Shown piece by piece: positions 54,651 to 55,412 of a stretch of 55,412 nucleotides of DNA. The notes beneath the pieces were generated by a model. It was not told the DNA's origin. It ran no database searches and saw nothing but the letters and a program-made list of their open reading frames with translations. The DNA is taken from the NCBI GenBank assembly GCA_050250895.1, contig JBFWNU010000006.1:1-55412 (forward strand). The letters run 5' to 3'. This stretch comes from Vulcanimicrobiota bacterium. GTDB lineage: Bacteria > Vulcanimicrobiota > Xenobia > Xenobiales > JADMJV01. The position numbers and the translations under genes are program-made. Numbering within the stretch: position 1 is the stretch's first letter; every line of letters begins with the position of its first letter.

Positions 54651-55412
54651 AAGCGATTTTCCGGCTCTTGAGCGTCACCATCGGGGCAGGCCGGTGGCCT
54701 ATTTCGATGGTCCGGGCGGAACCCAGGTGGCGGCCCCGGTGGTCGCGGCCATCAGCCGTTACCTGATTGAGCACAACGCCAATACCCATTGGGATTTCCC
54801 CAGCAGCCACGAGACCGACGCCATGCTCGACCGGGCTCGCGCGACCTTCGGCCAGTTCTTTGGTGGCGATCCGGCCGGGGTCATCTTCGGGGCCAATATG
54901 ACCACCCTGACCTTTCATCTGAGCCGGACCCTGGCGGCGGATTGGGGCTCCGAAGACGAGGTGGTGGTGACCGAGCTGGACCATCATGCCAATGTCGATC
55001 CCTGGAGGCACCTGGGAGTCAAGGTCGTGGTGGTTCCTTTGCTGCCCGACAATGGTCAACTAGACTATGACCGGATGCGCGAGGCCATCGGCCCGCGCAC
55101 TCGCCTGGTAGCGGTGGGAGCTGCTTCCAACGCTCTGGGCACGGTCAATCAAGTGGCTCGAGTGGTCGAGTGGGCCCGCCAGGTGGGGGCTCTCAGCTAT
55201 GTCGACGCGGTTCACTACGCCCCTCACTTTCTGCTCGACGTGGCCGACTGGGGTTGCGATTTTCTGGCCTGCTCGGCCTATAAGTTCTATGGACCCCATG
55301 TGGGCGTACTGTGGGGCCGTCCCCGGTTGCTCGAGCAGCTTCGCCCGCCCCATCTCGAGCCGGCCGGTCCCGGACTCGAGACAGGGACCCTCAATCACGA
55401 AGGGATCGCGGG
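54634..55412 (+). CDS. Cysteine desulfurase-like PLP-dependent protein, truncated by the window end
   Basis: Absent from the ORF track (no stop in the window). Manual translation gives RSDFPAL, YFDGPGGTQV, FGANMTTL, TELDHHANVDPW, VDAVHYAPH, CSAYKFYGPH, ETGT. Confidence 0.93.
   Translation, partial: MSLPPRSDFPALERHHRGRPVAYFDGPGGTQVAAPVVAAISRYLIEHNANTHWDFPSSHETDAMLDRARATFGQFFGGDPAGVIFGANMTTLTFHLSRTLAADWGSEDEVVVTELDHHANVDPWRHLGVKVVVVPLLPDNGQLDYDRMREAIGPRTRLVAVGAASNALGTVNQVARVVEWARQVGALSYVDAVHYAPHFLLDVADWGCDFLACSAYKFYGPHVGVLWGRPRLLEQLRPPHLEPAGPGLETGTLNHEGIA

Overview
GC-rich bacterial chromosomal window, densely coding. The protein style (many pseudopilin modules, a kinase-TPR protein, a large MQI-start protein) tentatively suggests Ca. 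Eremiobacterota/Vulcanimicrobiota; this is an unverified inference. Housekeeping blocks: maf-mreB-like-mreC-mreD-mrdA-ftsZ-polX-mpg, two ABC systems, rho, a radical SAM enzyme, a kinase-TPR protein, DAHP synthase-folA-thyA, a desaturase, a MoaD/BNR pair, a pseudopilin/PilC cluster, ygfZ, pgi, prs, hppD, ispG, and a dsrEFH-like trio plus a cysteine desulfurase-like gene running off the right end. The most unusual content is non-coding, in two families of intergenic repeats. (1) A 131-bp tandem array (21.8-23.0 kb) is interrupted by a small orphan gene bounded by a variant 29-bp duplication, and a 28-bp inverted copy of its core brackets a second orphan gene, which is a cassette-like layout. (2) A modular hairpin-chain element (1-470, 43.4-43.8, 48.2-48.7, 49.1-49.8 kb) has GNA-type loops, tandem G.A mismatches and one compensatory stem change. 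It forms ~355-bp inverted repeats around a 1466-aa gene and direct repeats around a four-helix-bundle gene. No rRNA, tRNA, CRISPR array, transposase or integrase was recognised.
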